A stretch of 64,000 nt of DNA from an uncultured bacterium (GCA_963840685.1 CAWIZM010000001.1:752286-816285), one strand, 5' to 3'; counted from the stretch's first letter, positions 28,287 through 39,853 are shown. Made by a program: numbers and translations. The notes: a model not told the origin generated them from the sequence alone.

Positions 28287-30530
28287 ATGGATCGCAAGCG
28301 CACATCGATATCATCATCATATTATTATTATCTACCACCAGTGCTGGTAGGCATCATTACTACCCTCGTCTATATGCCATCATGGCATTACGCGTTTCAG
28401 TTTGATGACATCGTCAATATTCAAAAACATTTTAATTTGCGCCATTATACATTTTTTGACCTATTCTTTACGGGCAGTCGTTGGATCAGTTATTGGTTGA
28501 ATGCACTGCATTACAGCATTGGAAAATTTGATCCATTTTCATATCGCGTAGGCAATATTATTATTCATGTGACCAATGGCATGCTTGTTTTTTTGGTGAT
28601 TTTTTATGCACTTTCACGCATCAAAAAAGCCACTTTTTTCTCACTACATAGCTTTGCTTTGGCGTTTATGACGAGTACCCTTTTCTTGTTGCATCCAGTG
28701 CAAACTCAAACAGTTTCCTATGTCATTCAAGGTGAACTTGAAGGTATGGCAACGTTATTTAGTTTGATCACTATTTTTATGTTTTTGTTGTACGCCAATG
28801 CACGCACGCAGATGATACGTGGTCTCCTTGTGGCCTGTATGTATCTGGTTGCATTCTTTGCATGCGGGACCAAAGAAATTACCATTGTGTTACCATTTTT
28901 GTTGCTGCTCATTGACTGGTGGTTTGTTGCACAGGGTTCATGGCCGCAATTAAAACAACGCGCATGGTTACATCTGAGCATATTTGGTCTTATCTTTAGT
29001 GCGTATCTTTATTTATTGAAGCCAAAATTTTTCTATGATCTCTTCGGGTTAAAAATGGCGGTTAAAAATAATATAGGCAATGTACTGACGCATAATCCTG
29101 CTATTCAAATTACCCCTTATTATTTTTTTATTTCACAGTTTAAGGTTGTGCTGCATTATCTGTGGATTTTTATATGGCCATTTGCTATCAGCGTGGAATA
29201 TGATTGGAAACTTGCAAAAAGTTTATTTGCAGCTGATTGCATTCTTCCATTGATGCTATTGATCTGCATTGGTACGTTTATCTTTCGTGTGTTGAAGCGC
29301 AATACTACTCATCCGTTCTGCTTTGGTGTTTTGTGGTTTGCCATTTGCATTGCACCGCGTTCGAGCTTTATGCCTTCTTCTGAATTGCTTGCAGATTATA
29401 AAACCTATTTAGCATCTGTTGGTTGGCTTTTTATTATTGCAGCAGCACTTATCAAGGGATTTGAATATGGGGTAAAAACTTTCCAGCATCCATTCATGAA
29501 GCGTGCGTGGACACAAATGATATTTGTGTTACTGTTCGCTGTGCCGCTTGGGTATTGTACTATGCAGCGTAATATCGTGTGGAGTTCTGGTCTTGAATTT
29601 TGGGGTAACGTTATTAAAAATGCGCCCAATAAGGCACGTGCGTACAATAATTATGGAGTAGAGCTGGCGCAAGAGCATGGCAAACTTGATGAATCGGTGC
29701 CTTACTTTCAAAAAGCGATTGCTATGGACAAGAACTATTCTGACCCATGTAATAATTTAGCGGTTATATATGCGCGTACAAATAATCCTGATGGCGCAAT
29801 AGAAGTGCTTACAAAAAGTTTAAAAATTAATCCACATTATCCTGAGGGATACAATAATTTAGCGTCTATTTTCTTAGATAAAAAAGAATACGACAAAGCA
29901 AGATCAGCGTTGTTACAAGCGATCAGCTATCGTCCGCATTACGGTAAAGCGCTGTATAATCTTGGTCGCGTGTATACCGCTGAAGGTGATCATCTTACCG
30001 CATGGGAATATTATAAAAAATGTTGCATGCAGGCTGATTTGGATAATGAGGCTGGTTTTAACATGTATGCTCAGGCTAGTTTTGAATTGAAAAAATTTGA
30101 TGATGCCATAGGTGCGTACAAAAAGGTTATTGAAATCAATCCCAACAATTTCCCGGCGATTTTTAGAATAGGTAATGCGTATTATCATGCTGATAATTTT
30201 GCGCAGGCATTGGTGTGGTATCATAAAGCAGAGCAGAAAAAATCTGATGATGTGGGTGTATTGTTCAATTTAGGGGAGACCTATATAAAACTTTCTCAGC
30301 CAGAAAAAGCATTAGGATATTATCAAAAAGTACAACATGCGACGGTTAAAATACCGCATGTTGGATTACGACTTGCCGAATGTTACCGCACATTGGGGGA
30401 ATATGCCAAAGCGCACGAAGTGCTGGTGGCTATTGGCAAAAAAAATGAGATTCCAGAATATATCAAAGTTGCAGCGCTTTCTATGATGGACCAACCAAAC
30501 AACAAGGTTATTAACGTGAATTTGATCTAA
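28287..30530 (+). CDS. TMTC-like GT-C-fold membrane glycosyltransferase domain fused to C-terminal TPR repeats
   Basis: About 10 TM helices with an early-loop FQFDD motif, followed by multiple TPR units (AYNNYGV..., AIYAR..., ALYNLGRVY...). Confidence 0.6.
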   Translation: MDRKRTSISSSYYYYLPPVLVGIITTLVYMPSWHYAFQFDDIVNIQKHFNLRHYTFFDLFFTGSRWISYWLNALHYSIGKFDPFSYRVGNIIIHVTNGMLVFLVIFYALSRIKKATFFSLHSFALAFMTSTLFLLHPVQTQTVSYVIQGELEGMATLFSLITIFMFLLYANARTQMIRGLLVACMYLVAFFACGTKEITIVLPFLLLLIDWWFVAQGSWPQLKQRAWLHLSIFGLIFSAYLYLLKPKFFYDLFGLKMAVKNNIGNVLTHNPAIQITPYYFFISQFKVVLHYLWIFIWPFAISVEYDWKLAKSLFAADCILPLMLLICIGTFIFRVLKRNTTHPFCFGVLWFAICIAPRSSFMPSSELLADYKTYLASVGWLFIIAAALIKGFEYGVKTFQHPFMKRAWTQMIFVLLFAVPLGYCTMQRNIVWSSGLEFWGNVIKNAPNKARAYNNYGVELAQEHGKLDESVPYFQKAIAMDKNYSDPCNNLAVIYARTNNPDGAIEVLTKSLKINPHYPEGYNNLASIFLDKKEYDKARSALLQAISYRPHYGKALYNLGRVYTAEGDHLTAWEYYKKCCMQADLDNEAGFNMYAQASFELKKFDDAIGAYKKVIEINPNNFPAIFRIGNAYYHADNFAQALVWYHKAEQKKSDDVGVLFNLGETYIKLSQPEKALGYYQKVQHATVKIPHVGLRLAECYRTLGEYAKAHEVLVAIGKKNEIPEYIKVAALSMMDQPNNKVINVNLI

Positions 30531-30773
30531 ACGACCAACTGGCGGTCATGCTGTCAGCAATATCATGGAATAAGTTGTGATTTCTCTCTATAAGCACCCT
30601 TTTTGCCCTCATTTTACCCTGTAAAAAACAACTTTTTTAACTCTTTGTTGACTTTTATTGTTTCTATTTGAAATACTTAAAATTGAGTAGGGGGGTGCCT
30701 TTACCAAGAAACAAATGAGACGTATTGCATAGGGTGATACGCTCAAGGATAAATAACAAACAAAGGAGAAACC

Positions 30774-31319
30774 GTGAAGAAAATGGTTTTATTTTTCACA
30801 ATCATATGTACTATTACTGGTTTAAATGCAATGCAACCTGAACGTCCAGAGTATTACCAAATACTTGATTCATTGGTTAACAAGAGTCACCCTGATAAGC
30901 GTGATTGGCCAGCTATTTTTGCGATTCTTGATTCAATGCAAGGTGCTATCAGTATTAATGAATATTATTACATAAACGGAATTGGTCATTTAGATACATT
31001 ACTTATTTTTGCTATTGAAGAAAGAAACATTTTAGTAACGAAAACATTAATTGAAAAATATGGTGCTAATCCTAATATGCCAGAAAAAGATTCCTATAAT
31101 ATAGGTTATACCCCATTAATGTCTGCTATTATAAGGAAGGATCTTGCAATGGTAAAATTACTACTTTATTATGGCGCTGACCCTTATAAAACGTGCAATT
31201 ATACTACCATATTCAGAAGAAATATGCCAGTAGGACAAGAACCTAGAGATAGCTTTTATATCGCTGAAAAACTTGGTAATCCCGCTATTTTGAAAGAACT
31301 TAATCAGTTTAAAAAATAA
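30774..31319 (+). CDS. Secreted ankyrin-repeat protein
   Basis: Leader ending LNAMQPE; canonical ANK units GYTPLMSAIIRKDLAMVKLLLYYGADP. Confidence 0.7.
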   Translation: MKKMVLFFTIICTITGLNAMQPERPEYYQILDSLVNKSHPDKRDWPAIFAILDSMQGAISINEYYYINGIGHLDTLLIFAIEERNILVTKTLIEKYGANPNMPEKDSYNIGYTPLMSAIIRKDLAMVKLLLYYGADPYKTCNYTTIFRRNMPVGQEPRDSFYIAEKLGNPAILKELNQFKK

Positions 31320-31354
31320 AAAGATACATTTTCAAATAAAGTTCGACAATAACA

Positions 31355-31400
31355 AAAATGTATGTGTAGAGTTTTTTTAGATTTCTACACATACATTTTA
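31355..31400. terminator. Bidirectional terminator hairpin
   Basis: aaaatgtatgtgtaga-(13 nt)-tctacacatacatttt. Confidence 0.55.
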
Positions 31401-31601
31401 CTTTCATTCTTAAGTTCCTGAATATGGACTATCAGAATACAATTAAAACATATCGCTAACAGATTATATTATTTCCATACGACTATACAGAAGGTGCAAT
31501 TCAAACTTATCTTTAATAAATTTTTTTTCGACGGACCTATCCTTCGATACATTTCTGCTTTGCAAAAACACTCAGGACGAACGATCCTCAGTATAATCCT
31601 A

Positions 31602-32399
31602 TTATTGATCAGAGATTGAAAGCATAGGGATAGTATTGCCGGTTACGCGTGGCAAAATACCATTCCATTTTTCAATAGCTTTAGTTTGCGCTTCAATTTT
31701 TTTGAGTTGTATGAGTTCTTCATTTATTGATTCTTTTTTGATTTTGAAGGCATATGCTTCTGCTTCTGCACGGGTACGTGTTTGTAGCGCTTCTTCTTTA
31801 ATTTTTTCCGTTAAATTTTTGGCTTGTTTTGCGGTTTGTTCTGCGATCTGTTTCTGTTCAACCGCTTTGATGAAATCTTCTGAAAAATCAAGGTGAATAA
31901 AATTAAAGTCCACCAAAATAATGTGACGATTAGCTAAGCGTTCACGTAATTCTGCGATGACTTTTTCTTTTGCTTCATGCCGGAATTGAATCAAGTCCTC
32001 TGCGGTAAATTTGGCGATCACCGCTTTAACGCTTTCTTGTGTGAATGGATCAATGATTACTTCGTTAAATCGTGTGCCGATTTCTTGGTATAATTTAAGT
32101 GGATTGCCAATGCGATAGTTCACTACCATACCCACTGATACTGTTTGTAAATCGCGAGACATGGCAGGTGTTTCTATTGCGGCCTTATTTACACGTGTAT
32201 CCAAATATATGATCTTGTCTACAAAAGGCATTTTAGAATACAAACCTGATTCATCATGTACATGCGCCACGCGGCCCATACGTAATTGAATTGCGGTAAT
32301 GCCGGGATTAACGGTATAAAAAGAAAGAGGAATGCAGAGTAGGCATGCTACGAGTGCTAGAGCGAATAGTGATGCTATGCCGATGATTATTTTTTTCAT
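31602..32399 (-). CDS. SPFH/band-7 (HflC/prohibitin-like) membrane protein
   Basis: N-terminal TM, SPFH core, C-terminal coiled coil AEQTAKQAKNLTEKIKEEALQTRTRAEAEA; ATG 32399 preferred over TTG 32435. Confidence 0.65.
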   Translation of the reverse strand: MKKIIIGIASLFALALVACLLCIPLSFYTVNPGITAIQLRMGRVAHVHDESGLYSKMPFVDKIIYLDTRVNKAAIETPAMSRDLQTVSVGMVVNYRIGNPLKLYQEIGTRFNEVIIDPFTQESVKAVIAKFTAEDLIQFRHEAKEKVIAELRERLANRHIILVDFNFIHLDFSEDFIKAVEQKQIAEQTAKQAKNLTEKIKEEALQTRTRAEAEAYAFKIKKESINEELIQLKKIEAQTKAIEKWNGILPRVTGNTIPMLSISDQ

Positions 32400-32625
32400 G
32401 GTACGTTGGGCCTTTGGTCTGATGAATTTTTTCAAAAAAAGATGCTGGAATAATAGTTAATAGTATAGGGTAGATTTTTTTGGACGCAATTTTAAATGCG
32501 AAATAAATGTGATAGGAATTATCGATTCTATAGATAAAGAACATGGCAGATCTGTTCTCTGGAAAATAAATGCGAAATAAATGCGAAATAATTGTGGCAT
32601 TTTGAATTATCGACAATTTTACTTT

Positions 32626-34184
32626 TTAATCCTTAACGCCCTCTTTAAGCTTTGCCATAACTTGATCCAAGCTAAAACTAGCTGGTTTGTGTCGTGGTGG
32701 AAAAACTTTAAACGTCTGAAGCCATTTGGCAATGTATTCTTGCACAGGTGCCAGTACAAAAAGATGTTCCACGCGCCATTGTGCATAGTTATTAGAATCA
32801 CGATCAGCTCGCTCGAAAGGATCAGCACGTAAATTAAATAGTTTAGGAAACCGTAACGTAACAAATGGTTCTTGCCATACATCAATTCCTTTTGCGCGCT
32901 GTTCAGCAAAAACAATTTTCCATTGATTATATCTAAATGCTGTTAGCATGCCATCGTCATTCCAGTATAAAAATTCTTTGCGTGGTGATTCTTTTTCCTT
33001 ACCTTCAAAATAGGGAAGTAAGTTGTATCCATCAAGATGAACTTTATAGGTATTTTTTCCAATGGTATAACCTTGCGCCAATTTTTCTTTTATGGTTGCA
33101 TCACCGACGGTAGCCAGAAACGTTGGCATCCAATCCTCATGAGAAAAAATATCATTATAAACAGTTCCTGGTTTGATGGTATGTGGCCATCGTATAACGC
33201 ATGGCACGCGAAAACCACCTTCCCAGTTTGTTGCTTTTTCACCTCTGAATGGTGTCATGCCACCATCTGGCCATGTAAATATTTCTGCACCGTTATCCGT
33301 TGAATAGATAACAATAGTATTTTCAGTCATATTGAGCTCATCAAGTTTTTTAAGCAGTTGACCAATGCGTGCATCATGTTCTGCCATACCATCAGCGTAT
33401 ATTCCTTGGCCGGTTTTTCCTTTTGATGACGCTTTTAGATGGGTCCAAATATGCATACGTGTTGAATTGTACCAAATAAAAAATGGTTTATCTTTCTTGG
33501 CTACTTGGTCCATAAAATTTAAGGTAGCATAGGTAATTTCATCATCGATGGTTTCCATACGTTTTGTGGTTAATGGACCAGTATCTTCAATCTTGCCATG
33601 AGCAAAACTATGTATGACACCACGTGGCCCATATTTTTTTTTAAATGCGGGATTCTTAGGATAATCAGGACTTTCTGGTTCTTCCTCAGCATTCAGATGA
33701 TAAAGATTGCCAAAGAATTCATCAAAACCATGTGCGGTTGGTAGCATTTCGTCACGATCACCAAGATGGTTTTTTCCAAATTGACCACATATATATCCAT
33801 GTGGTTTTAATAGTTCGGCGATTGTGGGTCTTGTTTTTCAAGCCCAAGAGGGCTACCAGGTAGTCCAATTTTAGTTAATCCAGTTCGTATGGGTGATTGA
33901 CCGGTTATGAATGCTGCTCTTCCTGCAGTGCAACTTTGTTGACTATAAAAATCGGTAAATAAAGCGCCTTCACGCGCTATTCGATCAATATTGGGTGTGC
34001 GATAACCCATGATGCCCATATTGTAAGCACTCACATTAAACCATCCGATATCATCGCCCCAAATTACAAGGATATTAGGCTGTTTTTTCTTTTGCTGTTC
34101 GGGTTTAAGACTAGGTTGTTTCTCTTGACCAGAGACTCCACTTCCTACAATGAGACATAATGCGATAATAAAAAATTTTACCAT
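32626..34184 (-). pseudogene. Arylsulfatase gene split into an N-part (33807..34184, signal peptide plus active-site region) and a C-part (32626..33747)
   Basis: Sulfatase motifs ([32 protein letters not shown]-like); frame change near 33750..33810. Confidence 0.6.
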
Positions 34185-34599
34185 GAGCGTTCTCCTTTAA
34201 TTTAATTACTCCTTAGTTTTATTGCGTTTGTATTTTGCTTGTCAATGATCCGATAATTTCGTTTGTTTCTTGATGTACTTAAAATTTATTTTTCTTATTT
34301 CTGTGCATAGTTTCTGTTGCGATTAGCATATTTTTTGAATTTTTTTGTGCTATAAATTGAGCAATATTTTTTCATTAAACTTTTTTAAAAAAACTATTTG
34401 ATTAGACCATGGTAAACCGCTAACCTATAAATAGTAACCACCTCTCAACTATCTACATAATCAAAATTAGTATGGTAAAAAAGCGCGTTACATAAAAAAA
34501 GTAGGCGTAACGATTGGGACGTATATACGAAAAATTATACGGTAGAATGATATTGAAGTAAGAGAAATATGTTATTGATGTAAATACTGAAGGGATATT

Positions 34600-37170
34600 A
34601 TGGAACGAATATTGATGGGGACAGAGCAAAAAATACCATATATCTGTGAGGCTGCACCACAAGAGCATACGGTAAAAAGTCATTTAGCATTTTCTGTGTT
34701 AGGCGCAGATGGAGTTCTTGGAAAACTGAATATAGGTCGTATACGCAGTACAATTCAATGGGCAGCGACTGGTTATGAGACAGTCATAGATATTGAAAAA
34801 ATTGTACAAGAAGCGTGTAAAAATATTTTTGATGGCATTGGTGGCAGTCAATTAATTGATGCGCTTTTGCTGAGCACCACGGTGTTTATAGAAAATCATT
34901 CGGCGTATAGTTTTGTGGCAAAGCGACTTCTTTTTAAAAAGTTATATCGTGAAGCAACCAATACTTCTACCGCATCATCTGATATTGATGCAACCTATCG
35001 TGAACAATTTATTATTGCGATAAAAAAAGGTGTTGAGCTACACATACTTGATCCGCGTATGGTGACGTTTGATTTGGACCGTCTTGCACAGGCACTGGTA
35101 CCAGAATGTGATGATCTCTTTGATTACATGGGATTAAGCACACTTTATAAACGTTACTTTCTGAGGCATGAAGATCGCCGTGTGGAATTACCGCAGGCTT
35201 TTTGGATGCGCGTTGCTATGGGTCTTGCGTTAGAAGAAACTGACAAAGAAGCATGGGCAATTAAATTTTATAATCTTATATCTCACATGCGTTATGTACC
35301 CGGCACTCCAACTCTTTTGCATGCGGGTTTAATGCGACCACAATTAAGTTCTTGCTTTTTAACGACGGTTGAAGATGATCTTATTCATATTTTCAAAAGT
35401 TATGGCGATAATGCACAACTTGCTAAATGGTCTGGTGGCGTTGCTAATGATTGGACTAATATTCGCGCAACTGGTGCGATAGTCAAAGCAATTAAAGCAG
35501 AAAGTCAGGGAGTTATTCCATTTTTAAAAATTGCTAATGATGTAACTGCTGCAATTAATCGTAGTGGTAATCGTCGCGGTGCATGTTGTATGTACTTAGA
35601 AACATGGCATTTGGATATCGAAGATTTTATTGATCTACGCAAAAACACTGGTGATGAACGGCGTCGTACGCATGATATTAATATCGCCAATTGGATTCCA
35701 GATTTGTTTATGAAGCGTGTGCGTGATGATAAAGATTGGACACTTTTTTCTCCACATGAAGTGCCTGATTTACACCATATATATGGCAGCGCTTTTGAAA
35801 AACGATATGATGAGTATGAGCACATGGCAGAACGTGGCGAAATTAAGATGTCACGAAAAATGCCTGCAAAACAATTGTGGCGTAAAATGTTGAGTCGTCT
35901 TTTTGAAACAGGACATCCATGGATTACGTTTAAAGATCCATGCAATGTTCGTTCTCCCCAAGATCATGCTGGTGTTGTGCATAGTTCAAATTTGTGCACT
36001 GAAATTACATTAAATACTTCATCAGATGAAACTGCGGTTTGTAATTTAGGTTCGGTGAACTTGTCTTGTCATATTGTTGATGGCAACATTAATGATGCAA
36101 TGTTAGCAGATACAGTAGAATTGGCGATACGTATGCTTGATAACGTTATTGATATTAATTTTTATCCAACAAAAGAAGCGCAAACTGCAAATGTGCGTCA
36201 TCGTCCTGTTGGTCTTGGGCAGATGGGATTTCAAGATGCGTTATTCAAACTTGATATCGCATTTGATGCACCTGCCGCATTAGATTTTTGTAATGAAGTG
36301 TCTGAAACAATCGCATATCATGCAATTCTTGGATCTTCAAAGCTTGCAAAAGATCGTGGTGCGTATGAAAGTTATGATGGATCAAAATGGGATCGTGGCA
36401 TTTTCCCACAGGATACGGTTGCATTGCTTGAGCAAGAGCGTGGTGAAAAAATTCATCCGGTACCACATGGCAAATTGAATTGGCAGCCAGTGCGTGATCA
36501 TGTTAAACAGTATGGTATGCGTAATTCAAATACTATGGCAATTGCGCCAACGGCAACAATTTCTAATATTGCTTGCTGTTTTCCCTGCATTGAACCTATT
36601 TATAAAAATATTTATGTAAAATCAAATATGAGTGGTGAATTTACCGTCGTGAATACGTACCTATTTAATGATTTGAAAAGACTGGGTTTATGGGATCAAG
36701 ATATGCTTGATGAGCTTAAATATTATGATGGGAGCGTGCAACATAGTGAGCGTATTCCGCAGTCTATAAAAAATAAGTATAAAGAGGCATTTGAATTAGA
36801 TCCATTGTGGATGATTAAAATTACGGCAGCACGCGGTAAATGGATTGATCAAAGTCAATCGCATAATGTATTTATGCACGGCGTTTCTGGTAAGCAATTA
36901 CATGATATCTATATGGCGGCATGGGACCATGGTCTTAAAACAACCTATTACTTGCGTACATTAGGTGCAACTCAAATTGAAAAATCTACCCTTGATGCAA
37001 AGAAGTTTGGATTCACACAAAAACGTGATTATGGTGCACTTGCTGTAGCAAATGATGTTCCAATTACCGCGGTAGAAGCACCCTCACAAGATATTTCATT
37101 ATCAGCAACAGAAGAATTAATACAAGCATGTCCAATTTCGGCGAGCCCTGATTGTGACGTATGCCAATAA
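34600..37170 (+). CDS. nrdA: Ribonucleoside-diphosphate reductase alpha subunit (class I)
   Basis: ATP-cone N-terminus, catalytic motifs NLCTEI, C-terminal tail; 856 aa. Confidence 0.9.
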   Translation: MERILMGTEQKIPYICEAAPQEHTVKSHLAFSVLGADGVLGKLNIGRIRSTIQWAATGYETVIDIEKIVQEACKNIFDGIGGSQLIDALLLSTTVFIENHSAYSFVAKRLLFKKLYREATNTSTASSDIDATYREQFIIAIKKGVELHILDPRMVTFDLDRLAQALVPECDDLFDYMGLSTLYKRYFLRHEDRRVELPQAFWMRVAMGLALEETDKEAWAIKFYNLISHMRYVPGTPTLLHAGLMRPQLSSCFLTTVEDDLIHIFKSYGDNAQLAKWSGGVANDWTNIRATGAIVKAIKAESQGVIPFLKIANDVTAAINRSGNRRGACCMYLETWHLDIEDFIDLRKNTGDERRRTHDINIANWIPDLFMKRVRDDKDWTLFSPHEVPDLHHIYGSAFEKRYDEYEHMAERGEIKMSRKMPAKQLWRKMLSRLFETGHPWITFKDPCNVRSPQDHAGVVHSSNLCTEITLNTSSDETAVCNLGSVNLSCHIVDGNINDAMLADTVELAIRMLDNVIDINFYPTKEAQTANVRHRPVGLGQMGFQDALFKLDIAFDAPAALDFCNEVSETIAYHAILGSSKLAKDRGAYESYDGSKWDRGIFPQDTVALLEQERGEKIHPVPHGKLNWQPVRDHVKQYGMRNSNTMAIAPTATISNIACCFPCIEPIYKNIYVKSNMSGEFTVVNTYLFNDLKRLGLWDQDMLDELKYYDGSVQHSERIPQSIKNKYKEAFELDPLWMIKITAARGKWIDQSQSHNVFMHGVSGKQLHDIYMAAWDHGLKTTYYLRTLGATQIEKSTLDAKKFGFTQKRDYGALAVANDVPITAVEAPSQDISLSATEELIQACPISASPDCDVCQ

Positions 37171-37194
37171 TAATAGTTACTATAGGAAAAAATT

Positions 37195-38199
37195 ATGACA
37201 GCAAAAGGTATTATTAATAATAAAACGGTAGATCCCAATAAAATCTTACCCATGCGCTATTTATGGGCGCGCCAGCATTATAAAGATGGTGTTGCAAATA
37301 ATTGGACACCAGAAGAAATATCAATGCAAAATGATGTTGAACAATGGAAATCTCCTACTGCATTGAGCCCATCAGAACGACGTTTAATTTTATGGAATCT
37401 TGGATTTTTTTCTACGGCAGAATCGTTAACGGCGAATAATTTGGTACTGACTGTGTATCATTCATAACCAATCCTGAATGTCGCCAGTATCTTTTGCGCC
37501 AAGCATATGAAGAGGCAGTACATACCGATACCTTTATTTATTGTTGTGATTCATTGGGCTTAGATCCTGATGAAATTTATAACATGTATGCAACGATTCC
37601 ATCAATTAAAGCAAAAGATGATTTTGTTATTAAATTAACTCAATCAATTTTTGATCCAAATTTTACCACCGAACGTCCTGAAGACATAAAAATGCTCTTG
37701 CATGATCTGATTGGTTTTTATGTGATCATGGAAGGCATCTTCTTTTACGCTGGCTTTGCTATGATGCTTGCACTTAAGCGTCAAGGTAAAATGGTTGGTG
37801 TTGGCGAGCAGTTTGAATATATTATGCGTGATGAAAGTTTACATTTAGCATTTGGTTGTGATTTTATTAATACGATTAAAGCAGAAAATCCTGAATGCTG
37901 GACCCAAGAATTTCAAGACGAGATTGGTTGAATTAATTAAAAAATCAGTTGAGCTTGAAAAAGCATATGCATTTGATGCATGTCCAAATGGCTTGCTTGG
38001 TATTAATGCAGAGCAATTTTCTGAGTATGTTGAGTATATTGCTGATCGTCGTTTAGAGCGTATTGATTTGCCAAAAGTGTATGGTACCAAAAATCCATTG
38101 CCATGGATGTCGCAATCAGTTGATTTGAGCAAAGAGAAAAACTTCTTTGAAACACGGGTGACTGAATATCAGACAGCTGGTTCGCTTGAGTGGGAATAA
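37195..38199 (+). pseudogene. nrdB: Ribonucleotide reductase beta subunit, interrupted by two frameshifts (ORFs 37195..37467, 37494..37931, 37852..38199)
   Basis: R2 motifs RQAYEEAVH and ESLHLAF across three frames; the second shift is at a GG run (gagattgGttgaa). Confidence 0.75.
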
Positions 38200-38554
38200 T
38201 TTATTAAAATTTAAATTCAAAAAAGATTCATATCAGAAGAAGAGGGGAGCGCCTAAGGTGCTTGTCATTTTATGCGCTCGCTGTACCTCATATGTAATGA
38301 GCTATCAAAAAGATGGGCCTGGTCCTCTCTTGCGTTGCTATCTAGATAGAATTCATCACCCAGAGTTTTTAGAAAAACGTCAGTATGGCGAATTTAATAA
38401 GCAGGTTGCATTGCAGTTAATTTGCGAGGCATGCAAGGAAGTAATCGGCGTTCCAATTGTCTATGAAAAAGAAGATCGCCCTGCTTATCATATGCGCCCA
38501 GGATTTTTTTCTACTAAATCTATTGCTGCTTACAATGAAAATATCAAAAGATAA
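38186..38554 (+). CDS. Small hypothetical protein with two CxxC pairs (zinc-ribbon-like)
   Basis: CARC...CEAC; no RBS confirmed. Confidence 0.25.
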   Translation: MSGNNLLKFKFKKDSYQKKRGAPKVLVILCARCTSYVMSYQKDGPGPLLRCYLDRIHHPEFLEKRQYGEFNKQVALQLICEACKEVIGVPIVYEKEDRPAYHMRPGFFSTKSIAAYNENIKR

Positions 38555-39496
38555 GGTATAATTATTTATTAATATGCTTATTCATCTGGGCAGCTTGAAA
38601 CGACGAACTTCATGAAAATTTCTAATAAATTCGTTTCAAAATTACTTATCGTAGCATTCACCTTAACGGTACTCATTCAAGCTCAACAACTTGAGAGTAT
38701 GGAGATAGAAAAACAGGTCATTTGCAACAATCAAGGTATTCAGATTTACAGACTTTTATCTTCGGATAAGTTGAAGGTTCACTGTTTTGGTTGCCTGCTG
38801 ATATTATTCGCCACATCGCGATAAATACGCATACCATTACCGTGACTTTTGTCTAGTTTAAATCTTGAAAATTGCAGCGAACAATTTGGTCTTTTTTACA
38901 CAACTAAAATACTGAATCGCTTATATCCTAGCTTACTTAAGTATGCCAGCAGCATATTAAAAATATGTTTGAATGATGACAAAGTATCTCTTTTAAAAGT
39001 TCGAGGGGGATGGAACTTTTCATCATTTAACCCTGCCGACTATTTTTGATTTTTGTCATTGTTACGATGATTTTGATCTAATATCTAAAACGTTGTGCCA
39101 GGTGGTTGATAAAAAAGCACTTGTAGATTGCTTTAAGGATCTTACGCGACAAGTATGGTTTTAAACGAAAACGATTTACATGGCAATTATTTTAGCTATT
39201 GGAAGATTTTAACGTTGAAAGTATTTAGAATCGTATCTTGGCGTTTTTTTGGACTAGGGTCAGAATTGTTCCTGAAAAGAGTAAGGGAGTGTTGAACATA
39301 CTCAAGGCAAAAAATGGTGAAGGGCACACAGCTTTATATTTAGCTGAAAGAAAAGGTAAAATTAAAATTGCTGTGGCAATTAAAGATACAATAGAAAAAT
39401 TAGAGCAGAACATACCAAAAAAAGAACACTGTTTGATACAGTGAAGTTTCAGTCTCGGGATTTAAAAATTCATGCGATTATCGAGGTAAGATATTA

Positions 39497-39740
39497 TGCA
39501 GGTTCCAATTACACGTATACCTTATTGGTTTTGCCGGCAGTGGTAAGTACACCATCGCGAAAGAAATAGTGAAATCTACCGATTGACAAAATTGTTGATA
39601 ATCATTCTGCAATAGAAAGCGGAAACGAGTTGATTGATATTGATCATCAAAATGCGCTGACACTTGATGTGACTGATTTAACTGCGCAACAGGCAGCAAA
39701 ACAAATACTTGATTTTGTTGCAAAAACTCTGAGTAGGTAA
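39497..39740 (+). pseudogene. Remnant of a small P-loop kinase-like gene (Walker A in a shifted frame, internal stops)
   Basis: +1 frame reads VYLIGFAGSGKYTIAKEIVK then a stop; the downstream frame reads ...DLTAQQAAKQILDFVAKTL. Confidence 0.4.
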
Positions 39741-39853
39741 TCTTTTTTAGGAGTCGAAATCTTAAGATATTATGCTATATATGGCAAATATTTTTGGGTA
39801 TGCTACAATAAAAAACGTAGATTATCCTTAGAATTATAGCAGGGAACAGAATT

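Noticed and set aside
34200-34599. Possible NrdR box or riboswitch upstream of nrdA
   Set aside because: No convincing palindromic NrdR-box (acaCwAtATaTwGtgt-like) pair or conserved riboswitch core could be found by eye.
39478-39723. 81-aa minus-strand ORF
   Set aside because: The plus strand here carries a recognisable but decayed P-loop kinase gene. The minus ORF is likely a chance open frame.
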